DNA from: Promethearchaeota archaeon
Lineage (GTDB): Archaea > Asgardarchaeota > Lokiarchaeia > Sigyniarchaeales > SOKP01
Assembly: GCA_011364925.1 (NCBI GenBank)
Contig: RDOA01000003.1
Coordinates: forward strand, 64,001 to 128,000
Direction: 5' to 3'
DNA: 64,000 nt
Below, piece by piece: positions 37,599 through 46,857 of the stretch. A program made the translations under genes and the position numbers. A model generated the notes under the pieces. It saw nothing but the letters and a program-made list of their open reading frames with translations. It did no database searches and was not told the origin of the DNA. Position 1 is the stretch's first letter. Each line of letters opens with the position of its first letter.

Positions 37599-39638
37599 AT
37601 GACTGTTGAAGAAAAAGTCAAAAAAACTGACGAAATTAAGGGCGGGGCAGATTCTAAAGAAGCAGAAGAAGAGCCTAGAATTGGTGTTTTTATTTGCCAC
37701 TGTGGACACAATATTGCTGGTACGGTTGATGTTGCCAAAGTGGCAGAATACGCCAAAACTTTACCTAACGTGGTTAAGGCCGAACATTATATGTTCATGT
37801 GTAGCAAACCGGGAGTTCAAATGCTTAAAGATTCGATTGAAGAACTTGGAGTTAATAGAACAGTTGTGGCTTCATGCTCAAAAAATCAACATGGGAGAAC
37901 CTTTGCTAACGCGATCCAAGAAGAGGGATTAAATAAACATAGACACCAACAAGTTAACATAAGAGAATTTAATAGTTGGGTTCATCAAAAAGAGAAAGAT
38001 AAAGCCACAGAAAAAGCGAAAAAGTTAGTAGAAGCGGGCGTTAACCGAGCAAGGAAATTAGAGGATGTTGAAACTCGCAGAATTGCGACTACTAAAGCTG
38101 CTCTGGTTATTGGTGCTGGAATTGCGGGACTTCGCGCTAGTTATGATTTAGCTGAATTAGGGATACCAGTTTACTTAATAGAGAGGTTATCTACAATTGG
38201 AGGGCACATGACTCAATTAAATAAAACGTTCCCGACACTTGAATGCCCTCAGTGTTCCATAAGTCCATTAACTAATGGAGTTGCGAACCATCCGCTAGTA
38301 GAACTTTATACAAACGCTCAGATTAAAAATGTTGGTGGCTCTATGGGGAATTTCGAAGTGGAAGTCGAGATTAAACCTCGATATGTTAAGGATAATTGTA
38401 CTTCATGCGGTGAATGTTCAGCTCATTGTCCTGTTGAAGTGCCAAGCGAGTGGGATAGTGGAATGTCTATACGTAAAGCGATATATAAGGCTTATCCACA
38501 AGCGATACCTGCGACTTTTGTCAGAGATAAGAAGAACTGTATTGAATGCAACACCTGTGTTAACATATGTCCGGTCAAAGCCGTTGATTTTTCGATGGAG
38601 ACTGAGACCAAAACGTTCAAAGTCGGCTCTATTGTTGTAGCTGCGGGTTATGACGAATACGATCCTTCAGAAATCGAACCTTATCACTACGGACAAAAAG
38701 GATTCGAAGATGTCATTACACAGTTGAAATTGGAACGAATGTTAGCTCCAGGATCACTTACAAACAGTCAAGTTTTAAGACCTTCAGATGCAAAAATTCC
38801 GAAGAGTGTTGTAATGATCCAGTGTGTTGGGAGTCGAAATGACCAAGTTGGAAACGAATATTGCACAGGAGTCTGTTGTAAGTTTGCGATTAAGAACGCA
38901 AGAATTGTTAAAGAGATGTATCCTGACACTGACGTGACTATTTGTTATATTGATGTGCGAACTCCAGGGCTCAACTTTGAGGAGTTATATAAATCGGCTC
39001 AGGAAGTTGGAGTGAGATTTATCAGAGGGCGCCCATCAGAGATTGTGAGAGATCCGATATCTGGGAATCTAAAGGTAATCGTTGAAGATACTTTAAGTAT
39101 GACTCCATTACAGTTGAAAGCTGACATGGTGGTATTAAGTGCTGCGATGGTTCCACCTGAAGGAATTGGACCACTTGGGTCAAAACTTCAAGTATTAAGG
39201 TCAAAAGAAGGATTTTTGAAGGAATTTCATATCAAAATGAACCCTACATTAAGTAGCAAAGGTGGAATTTTTATAGCTGGTGCGATTCAAGGTCCTAAGG
39301 ATATTTCTGAATCGGTGGCTCAAGCAGGGAATGCCGCTGCGATCGCTGCTGCACCGTTGGTAAAAGGTTATATCGAAAAAGAAATGCTTATTCCTTCAGT
39401 TGATCTTGACCTATGCGTTAGATGTGGATTATGCAAAACTGTTTGCGCTCCAGCTGCAATACAAATTAACGACGATGGAACGCCGATGGTGAACGAAGTC
39501 GCTTGCAAGTCATGTGGTATGTGTATGCCTGCATGTCCTACAGGAGCAATACAATTATTAAACTTTAGCGATAAACAACTATTAGATGAAATTATACCAA
39601 TAGCAGGCGGAGGTGCTGTATGCGAAGATGAGCTGTGA
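37599..39638 (+). CDS. hdrA: Heterodisulfide reductase subunit A (FAD, 4Fe-4S)
   Basis: IGVFICHCG.NIAG, LVIGAGIAG, KTFPT.EC..C, inserted ferredoxin, QCVGSR, GPKDI, C-terminal ferredoxin. Confidence 0.95.
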   Translation: MTVEEKVKKTDEIKGGADSKEAEEEPRIGVFICHCGHNIAGTVDVAKVAEYAKTLPNVVKAEHYMFMCSKPGVQMLKDSIEELGVNRTVVASCSKNQHGRTFANAIQEEGLNKHRHQQVNIREFNSWVHQKEKDKATEKAKKLVEAGVNRARKLEDVETRRIATTKAALVIGAGIAGLRASYDLAELGIPVYLIERLSTIGGHMTQLNKTFPTLECPQCSISPLTNGVANHPLVELYTNAQIKNVGGSMGNFEVEVEIKPRYVKDNCTSCGECSAHCPVEVPSEWDSGMSIRKAIYKAYPQAIPATFVRDKKNCIECNTCVNICPVKAVDFSMETETKTFKVGSIVVAAGYDEYDPSEIEPYHYGQKGFEDVITQLKLERMLAPGSLTNSQVLRPSDAKIPKSVVMIQCVGSRNDQVGNEYCTGVCCKFAIKNARIVKEMYPDTDVTICYIDVRTPGLNFEELYKSAQEVGVRFIRGRPSEIVRDPISGNLKVIVEDTLSMTPLQLKADMVVLSAAMVPPEGIGPLGSKLQVLRSKEGFLKEFHIKMNPTLSSKGGIFIAGAIQGPKDISESVAQAGNAAAIAAAPLVKGYIEKEMLIPSVDLDLCVRCGLCKTVCAPAAIQINDDGTPMVNEVACKSCGMCMPACPTGAIQLLNFSDKQLLDEIIPIAGGGAVCEDEL

Positions 39639-40077
39639 AGATATAGAGCCAGAAGTAATGGAAAAGATCCAAGATATTGTTGTTTTTATGTGTAACGAAT
39701 GTGGACAAGGATCGGCAAATACTGCTGGTGTAGCAAGAATGGCGTATAATCCCGCAATCCGAATCGTTCGAGTCCAATGCACGGGTCAAGTAGGACCTAT
39801 TCAAATAATGGATGCTTTGAATAACGGTGCTGATGCGGTTGCTTGCGTTGGTTGTTGTCTTGGAGCGTGTCATTTCTTTAACGGAAATATTTTATCGATG
39901 CATAGAATCAAACTGCTGAAGAAAGTATTTAAAGAATTAGGGTATAGCGATCAGTTTGTTAATCAATACACATCACGAGCCGCGGAAGGAGAAACAGCTG
40001 TAGGAGATTTTGAGGATTTAGTGATACGATTGTCTAATGCAATTAGAGAGGAGGGGACAATAAAAGATGGATGTTAG
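39628..40077 (+). CDS. mvhD: MvhD/VhuD 2Fe-2S subunit (start probably ATG 39628)
   Basis: FMCNEC, IRIVRVQCTGQV, GADAV..VGC...ACHF.NGN. Confidence 0.85.
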   Translation: MSCEDIEPEVMEKIQDIVVFMCNECGQGSANTAGVARMAYNPAIRIVRVQCTGQVGPIQIMDALNNGADAVACVGCCLGACHFFNGNILSMHRIKLLKKVFKELGYSDQFVNQYTSRAAEGETAVGDFEDLVIRLSNAIREEGTIKDGC

Positions 40078-41302
40078 AATTTTTCAATTTAATGGCTGCA
40101 ATAAATGTTTCAACGAGACGATTCTCCTTAACGGTGAATCAAAATACAAGATTGAATTCATTGAAGATCCGAAGAATTGGAAAGAGATGAAAACTGATGT
40201 TTCTGTTATAACAGGATACCTTTTACCTGAAGATAAAGATACTTTAGAAAAAATTAAATCAAATTCGAAACGAGTCGTTGGTTACGGAAATTGTACTACG
40301 ATGGGAGGAATATTTGCTTTAGCTAATCAAAGAGGCTATGAAGTATCCCCATTGAGTAGTTTCATCGAAGAAACAGAGAAAGTAAATGGTTGTCTGGGAG
40401 AAATTGAAGAATTGAGTGTAGCGATTAACAGTGAGGCGGCTCCTAAATTACAGAATTTATGTGCGGTTTGCGCAAGAGAAACGACTTGCGATTACTTAGA
40501 AAGTGTTCATCGTCAAATAGAATTAGAAGACGAGACAACATGTTTTAACGATCTCGGATATCTTTGTAATGGTTTTGTTGCTAAAGAATGTAAAGAGCGA
40601 TGTATCGATTATAACGCACCTTGTAGAGGATGTAAACCAATTATAGATCGTTCAGGGATTAGAATGTTAGGAATGTTCGGTACTCTAATGGGCAACATTG
40701 AGGTTGCGACAGAGCATTCGGAATTAGGCGCTACTGATAAGCTTGCAGATCGAGACGATGATATTACAGATAGTTTACCTGATGTTTTAGGCAATTTCTT
40801 TAGATTTACTCTATCGACTTCAGGACTTCCCAGAGGTAGAATTCCTTCGTCAGGAAATATACTTAACGATGTCTTTACTGGAAGATTAATAGAAGAGTTA
40901 CCTCTGATTTCTGGGTTATTAGGTGGGAATCGTTCAATTTCCCTAACGCTAAAAATTATAGAAACATACGAGACCGCGAATAGCATTGAAGTAAGTGAAC
41001 AAACAAAAAAATATCGTAAAGAATTGTTAGATTTGGAAAGCCAGTTGCAGGAAGCTATTAAAAGCAAAGATCCTAAGCAGTATAAAAAGATTACAGACGA
41101 AATCAGAAAAATAGGCGGAAATATGAATTTATCAAACGTATATTTCGGAGGATTCAAAGCTCAGATCGACGATAAAGACAATTTTGAAGATTATAAAGCC
41201 CACGTTTTTGATGTGGTTGAAGGAACCTATAAGAATGGTTCAGTAGAATTTACGATTGATCCAATCGGTATTGTAAAAGAAATAAAAATTAAAGAGGGAT
41301 AA
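40067..41302 (+). CDS. MvhG/FrhG-like (NiFe-hydrogenase small-subunit-like) Fe-S protein with C-terminal extension
   Basis: GCNKC, GYGNCTTMGGI, GC, LCAVC, CF...G.LC.G, PCRGC, D..G.FFRFTL. Confidence 0.75.
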   Translation: MDVRIFQFNGCNKCFNETILLNGESKYKIEFIEDPKNWKEMKTDVSVITGYLLPEDKDTLEKIKSNSKRVVGYGNCTTMGGIFALANQRGYEVSPLSSFIEETEKVNGCLGEIEELSVAINSEAAPKLQNLCAVCARETTCDYLESVHRQIELEDETTCFNDLGYLCNGFVAKECKERCIDYNAPCRGCKPIIDRSGIRMLGMFGTLMGNIEVATEHSELGATDKLADRDDDITDSLPDVLGNFFRFTLSTSGLPRGRIPSSGNILNDVFTGRLIEELPLISGLLGGNRSISLTLKIIETYETANSIEVSEQTKKYRKELLDLESQLQEAIKSKDPKQYKKITDEIRKIGGNMNLSNVYFGGFKAQIDDKDNFEDYKAHVFDVVEGTYKNGSVEFTIDPIGIVKEIKIKEG

Positions 41303-41304
41303 AC

Positions 41305-43767
41305 ATGAGTTTCGAATTATTAAGGAGCGAAATTATTGACGCAGGTTTATGTCAAGGTTGCGGTTTATGTGCTGGTTCGTGCAAACACATTAATATGGAA
41401 ATTGCCAGGCCGGTATTAAAAGACTATTGCATCCTTGAAAGAGATGGTGAAGATTGTGGAAAATGTTACCAATCTTGTCCACAAGTGATCCAGAAAAAGT
41501 TTAAGGAAAAACAACCATTAGCCATATATTCGTTAAGAACAAAAAATCCTGAAATTTTAGCTAAAGCTTCTAATGGAGGATTTGTCACAACTATCGCTAA
41601 AGAACTGTTAGAAAGTGAATCTCTGAAAGAGATTGTGATGGTTCAAGAAGATGACGAAAAACCAAAAGCAGAGATAGTAACGAATCCCGATGAAGTTATT
41701 AAAAAAGCAGGAGTCGTCTATGGTCGTTCTGGGGTACTTGAGCGTTTAATAGATGTTACTGGAGAAACCTTTGACCCTATTGGAATAGTGGGAGTACCCT
41801 GTGAAATGAGAGGAGCTGCGGAGATCGAAGAAGAAATGAATAGAGAAATCTTGAAGATCGGGCTTTTCTGTAGTTCCCAAATGCGAACAGCTGAGACTGA
41901 TAAAGGTTTAGTCTGTTCTCCATGCTGTAACGGTTGCCCCTCAGGTGTTAATGCTCAAGGGTACGTGTCATTAATTCGTCAGGGAAAATACCAAGAAGCC
42001 GTGGATTTAATACGAGAAAATAATCCCTTACCGTCCATCTGTGGAAGAATTTGTACAAACGAATGTGAATACGGATGCACATTAATTGGAGACGATCATC
42101 CTGTTGCAATCAGAGAACTAAAAAAATTCGTAACAGAATGGGAAATGGAACATGGGAAGAAGAAGAAGAAAAAGGTTGCTAAAAAGAATGGTAAAAAAGT
42201 GGCTATAATTGGAGCGGGACCAGCGGGATTAACCGCTGCGCATTACTTAGCAAATAGAGGATATTCACCAACTATTTTTGAAAAGACAGATCAAACAGGA
42301 GGTATGCTTCGATTTGGAGTCCCACAATTCAGATTACCTAATTATGTATTAGATTACGATGTAGAATCAATAACAGATGCAGGTGTTGAGCTCGTTCTTA
42401 ACAAACCTTTAGGACCTGATATGACGATCAATGATTTAAAAAAGGAAGGTTTTGAAGCAATTTTTATTGCAACTGGTCAGTATAAACCAAGAACTTTGCA
42501 CTTAGAAGGAGAAGACTTACCTAATGTTTACGTAGCTATTAACTTCCTTATGGACAGGAAGTATAGATATTGGGAAAATAAAGAAGAATTTAATGGTAAA
42601 ACAATTGGCATCATTGGGGGAGGTCCGGTTGCTGTAGATGTTGCTCAAACTGCGCTGAGACTTGGAGCGGAAAAAGTTCACCTCGTTGACATCATGAACG
42701 AAAAAGAACTCGAATTAGTCCTAAAAGATATCCCTGAAAATGAATACGAATATATGAAGTATCATTTTGCCACATCCACTTCTAAAATAACGCAAAACAA
42801 AGACGGAAAGTTAGTTTTGAACTGCTACAATATCGAATGGGGTGCTCCTGACAAGACGGGTAGACGACCTCTAAATAAAGTTGAGGGTTCTGATTACGAG
42901 ATACCCATTGATGTTATTATAATGGCAGTAGGACAAGCTGTTGACTTTGATTTAATCGATGTAGCAACCGAAAATAAGATTGAAAAAGAGCGAAATAGGA
43001 TCAAGATAAATCCGGTAACGTTTGAAACAAGTATTCCCGGAGTGTTTGCTGGAGGTGATATCGTTTCAAACTCTAAAGCTGTCGCGATTGCTGGTATTGC
43101 TCATGGGAAAGAAGCTGCGATTTCAATAGACAGATATTTGAACGGTGAGGATTTAGAAGAAGGCAGAAATTATCGAAGTCAAATGTTTTTTACTGGTCCT
43201 CGTAAACCACCTAAAGATTACTCTTTAAAACCAGAAAATTTAGAGGATGCTACTGAAGAAATACAGTGGACATTCGATGAAATTGATGAAATGTTCAACG
43301 AAGATATGGCTTTAAGGGAGGCAAGGAGATGTTTGAGTTGTAACCACTTCTGTTCCCATTGTCAAGATTTTCCTGCCATATATTCTGACGTTACGGCAGG
43401 TGAAGTTGGTTCAGAAAAAGGTTATACAACGGTAGTTGCTTGGACAGAAAAAGGTAAAGAACTTGTTGATAACGCGATCGCGAAGGGATTATTTGACCAA
43501 GGAAAGGTTAACGAAGGAGAGTTAAAAACGGCAATAAACCTTAAATCGAAACGAGAACTTATGAATTTCGAAAAAACTCCACGAACTCAGGTATTAGACT
43601 ACGTAAAAATCCAAGGACCAAGTACTATTAGCGATATAGCTCGAAATACTGGACTTGAGCAGAAAAAGGTCAGGTATGAAGCACTTCGATTAGTTCAGTT
43701 AATGGAATTTGAAATGAAAGCAGATCCTGATATGACCGAACCGCTGTTTTCTATTGTATGTGATTAA
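41305..43767 (+). CDS. FrhB/FdhB-like F420-binding protein with an inserted GltD/NfnB-like NAD(P)H:flavin oxidoreductase and C-terminal wHTH
   Basis: FrhB N-part (CQGCGLC, NGGFVT, VGVPC, IGLFC); GltD (CPSGVNAQGY, NPLPSICGRIC, GAGPAG, GGGPVAVDVA, GVFAGGD, EARRCLSC); FrhB C-part (C..CQDF...SDV.AG.VGS..GYTTVV.WT.KG). Confidence 0.8.
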   Translation: MSFELLRSEIIDAGLCQGCGLCAGSCKHINMEIARPVLKDYCILERDGEDCGKCYQSCPQVIQKKFKEKQPLAIYSLRTKNPEILAKASNGGFVTTIAKELLESESLKEIVMVQEDDEKPKAEIVTNPDEVIKKAGVVYGRSGVLERLIDVTGETFDPIGIVGVPCEMRGAAEIEEEMNREILKIGLFCSSQMRTAETDKGLVCSPCCNGCPSGVNAQGYVSLIRQGKYQEAVDLIRENNPLPSICGRICTNECEYGCTLIGDDHPVAIRELKKFVTEWEMEHGKKKKKKVAKKNGKKVAIIGAGPAGLTAAHYLANRGYSPTIFEKTDQTGGMLRFGVPQFRLPNYVLDYDVESITDAGVELVLNKPLGPDMTINDLKKEGFEAIFIATGQYKPRTLHLEGEDLPNVYVAINFLMDRKYRYWENKEEFNGKTIGIIGGGPVAVDVAQTALRLGAEKVHLVDIMNEKELELVLKDIPENEYEYMKYHFATSTSKITQNKDGKLVLNCYNIEWGAPDKTGRRPLNKVEGSDYEIPIDVIIMAVGQAVDFDLIDVATENKIEKERNRIKINPVTFETSIPGVFAGGDIVSNSKAVAIAGIAHGKEAAISIDRYLNGEDLEEGRNYRSQMFFTGPRKPPKDYSLKPENLEDATEEIQWTFDEIDEMFNEDMALREARRCLSCNHFCSHCQDFPAIYSDVTAGEVGSEKGYTTVVAWTEKGKELVDNAIAKGLFDQGKVNEGELKTAINLKSKRELMNFEKTPRTQVLDYVKIQGPSTISDIARNTGLEQKKVRYEALRLVQLMEFEMKADPDMTEPLFSIVCD

Positions 43768-43802
43768 ATTTAAACCAAAATAAAATCAAGGAGAGAAAAA
43801 AT

Positions 43803-44042
43803 ATGAATTTTGACCAAGAATTAAATGTCTGCGGATTAGTCTGTCCCGTTCCAGCGCTTAAAACCAAAAAACAATTAATGAAGATGCGCCCTGGAACCGT
43901 GTTAAAGGTAATAACAGACTATAAACCTGCAAGTGAATCTGTTCCAAGAGATTTAGCTAAACAAACTAAGCACAAACACTTAGGAACAGAATTTCTCGAA
44001 GACGAAGAACAGTGGTATATGTATTTTGAAGCTGTAAAATAG
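43803..44042 (+). CDS. tusA: Sulfurtransferase TusA/SirA family, copy 2
   Basis: LNVCGLVCPVPALKTKK (CPxP), LKVITD...SVP. Confidence 0.88.
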   Translation: MNFDQELNVCGLVCPVPALKTKKQLMKMRPGTVLKVITDYKPASESVPRDLAKQTKHKHLGTEFLEDEEQWYMYFEAVK

Positions 44043-44258
44043 GTTCACAGAAAGTTAAAATTATAATATTTTATAATTCTTTTTTTATTAATATTGCTAT
44101 AGAATTCACCATGTAATGTAGTGTATTATGAGTTTTAGATTGGAACCATATTAACGCTCTAACTTTTATGAATTTCAATCTCAGATGTAAATATTGATAT
44201 TATTAACATCGTTATATGGATTAATAGAGAATCATCAGAAACTATTAATTTGAAAAAC

Positions 44259-45851
44259 ATGGCAAAACCTAATATTATCTTAATATTAAATGACGACATG
44301 GGATATTCAGATTTAGGTTGCTATGGAGGAGAAGTTCAAACTCCTAATTTAGATAATTTAGCAAAAAACGGGATTAGATTTACTAATTTCTATAATACGG
44401 CTCGGTGTTCTCCTTCACGGGCTTCGCTATTGACAGGACTACATCCTCATCAGACGGGTATAGGAGTTTTGGTTAACAATGATGGTCCAGAAGGATATGC
44501 CGGTTCGTTAAACAATAAATGTGTTACTATCGCAGAAGTCTTGAGAGAAGATGGATACAAGACATATGTAAGTGGTAAATGGCACGTCTCGAATTCTCCT
44601 TACAAAGAAGCTGATAGCTGGCCAACTAAACGCGGATTTGACCATCATTATGGCATCCTCCAAGGAGCTACTGATTATTTCTATCCTATTAAGTTAAGAA
44701 GAGATGGAAAAAACATTGAAGAGGAAGCGAGAAACGATCCTAATTATTATCTAACAGATGCCATTAGCGACCAAGCCGTAGCTTTCCTTAAGGAGCACCA
44801 TCAAAATTTTCCAGAAGACCCATACTTCCTATATATTGCGTACACTGCCCCTCATTGGCCGCTTCACGCTAAAGAATCGGATATCAAAAAATATGAAGGA
44901 CGGTTTATCGTAGGATGGGACATTCTTCGCGAAGAAAGACTCCAAAGAATGAAAAAATTAGGTCTTTGTGATGAAAATTTAAAGCTTTCTGAACGCGATC
45001 CCACCCAACGAGCATGGGATTTAACTAAAAACAAAGAGTGGGAAGCTCGTAGAATGGCTGTATATACTGCTCAAATTGACAATATGGACCAAGGCATAGG
45101 TCGAATTATTGCGGAAGTTAAAAAACAAAATCAGTTGGAGAATACTGTGATCGTTTTTCTTTCGGATAATGGTGGTTGTGCGGAACCTATGGGTCGTGCC
45201 ATGAAAAAATTGACAAATTTAGATGAGTGGAAGAGTGGTCGTATAAAAACCAAGGATGGTCGTGATATTCTTTATGGGAATAGGAAGTCCGTTATTCCAG
45301 GACCCGCTAACACTTACGCAAGCTATGGTACAGCTTGGGCAAATCTTTCAAATACCCCTTTCCGGAAGTATAAACATTGGGTACATGAAGGTGGAATTGC
45401 CACTCCATTAATTATTCATTGGCCTAATGGCATAAAGTTTAAAGGGAAGATCTGTCATCAACCAGGTCAACTCCCCGATATCATGGCGACAATTATTGAA
45501 ATTACACATTCTCCTTATCCTGAGAAATACAATGGAGACAAAATTCTACCTTTGGAAGGACAAAGCTTAGCTTTAAGCTTTTCTAGTACCACCTCTATTG
45601 AACGAACACTATTTTTTGAGCACGAAGGGAACGCAGCGGTAATACAAGGAAACTGGAAATTAGTTAAAGAATATCCCTATTCATGGGAATTGTATGATAG
45701 AGAATCTGACCGAACTGAACTAGATAATATTATCTCGAGATATCCCGTAAAAGCTCGAGAATTGGAATTAGCATTTCACCAATGGGCTAAACGCTGTGGC
45801 GTTATTCCATGGGATTTATACCTTACAAATAACAGATTTATCCAATATTAA
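44259..45851 (+). CDS. Arylsulfatase (Cys-type, formylglycine-dependent)
   Basis: KPNIILILNDDMGYSD, CSPSRASLLTG, GKWH, APHWPL, SDNG, HEGG. Confidence 0.92.
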   Translation: MAKPNIILILNDDMGYSDLGCYGGEVQTPNLDNLAKNGIRFTNFYNTARCSPSRASLLTGLHPHQTGIGVLVNNDGPEGYAGSLNNKCVTIAEVLREDGYKTYVSGKWHVSNSPYKEADSWPTKRGFDHHYGILQGATDYFYPIKLRRDGKNIEEEARNDPNYYLTDAISDQAVAFLKEHHQNFPEDPYFLYIAYTAPHWPLHAKESDIKKYEGRFIVGWDILREERLQRMKKLGLCDENLKLSERDPTQRAWDLTKNKEWEARRMAVYTAQIDNMDQGIGRIIAEVKKQNQLENTVIVFLSDNGGCAEPMGRAMKKLTNLDEWKSGRIKTKDGRDILYGNRKSVIPGPANTYASYGTAWANLSNTPFRKYKHWVHEGGIATPLIIHWPNGIKFKGKICHQPGQLPDIMATIIEITHSPYPEKYNGDKILPLEGQSLALSFSSTTSIERTLFFEHEGNAAVIQGNWKLVKEYPYSWELYDRESDRTELDNIISRYPVKARELELAFHQWAKRCGVIPWDLYLTNNRFIQY

Positions 45852-45957
45852 TTAGGTACTAAAATTGTAAATAACACTAAATTCATTATTTATTCACATT
45901 CTTAAATTATAAATTCAAATGTAATTTTATAAAATTAATAGCGCTAATGTGATAAAC

Positions 45958-46812
45958 ATGAATTTTGAGACCATTAAGTTTGAATTGCAAGAAAACGGAA
46001 TTGGAATACTGACGCTTAATCGTCCTGAGAAACTAAACGCTATGTCCTTTCAAATGATTAAGGATTTACACGCGTTATTCGACTCTTTAATGGTAAATTT
46101 AGACTGTCGCGTTCTTATCTTAAAAGCAGAAGGGAGAGCGTTTTGTGCTGGATTAGATTTGAAAGAATCGACAATTTTACAATCGAAAAAGAAACCTCCA
46201 GAGTTAAAAGAGAAGTTTCATTTTCTAAACGCTCCCGATAAAGATATAATAAAGGCAAAATTGTACGCTCAATGGTATACCAGCAACATTATTGTGAAAA
46301 TGCGTAAAATTAATCAACCAATCATTGCCTTAGTTCAAGGGGCAGCATCTGGAGCCGGATTCGCTTTCTCTTTAGCAGCAGACATTAGAATTGCCAGTAA
46401 AAACGCAAGGTTCAATAACGCATTTATCAATGTTGGGTTTTCCGGCTCAGACTTAGGATCTAGCTATTATCTTCCGCGACTTATAGGGATGTCAAGAGCG
46501 GCAGAGATTCTATACACGGGAAGATTTGTAGACGCTTATGAAGCTGAAAGGATTGGGCTCGTATTGAATGTCGTAGAAGAAGCGGAATTGCTCGATACTG
46601 CAATTAAATTAGCAGAAAACATGTTACATAAAAGCCCATTAGGGTTGCGTATGACTAAGCAAACGCTCAATTTATCCCTTGATTCTCCAAGCCTAGAAAC
46701 CATTCTTCAGTTAGAAAACCGAGCACAGATGCTTTGCTCTGCGTCTGATGATATTATGGAAGGAATTCAATCTTTTTTTGAAAAAAGAGAGCCAAAATAT
46801 CCGTTAACCTGA
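45958..46812 (+). CDS. Enoyl-CoA hydratase/isomerase family, copy 1
   Basis: LNRPEKLNA, AFCAGLDL, QPIIALVQG, F.EKREP. Confidence 0.9.
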   Translation: MNFETIKFELQENGIGILTLNRPEKLNAMSFQMIKDLHALFDSLMVNLDCRVLILKAEGRAFCAGLDLKESTILQSKKKPPELKEKFHFLNAPDKDIIKAKLYAQWYTSNIIVKMRKINQPIIALVQGAASGAGFAFSLAADIRIASKNARFNNAFINVGFSGSDLGSSYYLPRLIGMSRAAEILYTGRFVDAYEAERIGLVLNVVEEAELLDTAIKLAENMLHKSPLGLRMTKQTLNLSLDSPSLETILQLENRAQMLCSASDDIMEGIQSFFEKREPKYPLT

Positions 46813-46857
46813 AAATCTAGATTATAGTAAAGAAATAGAAAAATAAAAGTGAGAAAG

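Noticed and set aside
39636-39700. Selenocysteine read-through of the hdrA TGA
   Set aside because: The frame closes within ~20 codons with no meaningful sequence, MvhD overlaps in another frame, and no SECIS-like element was recognised.
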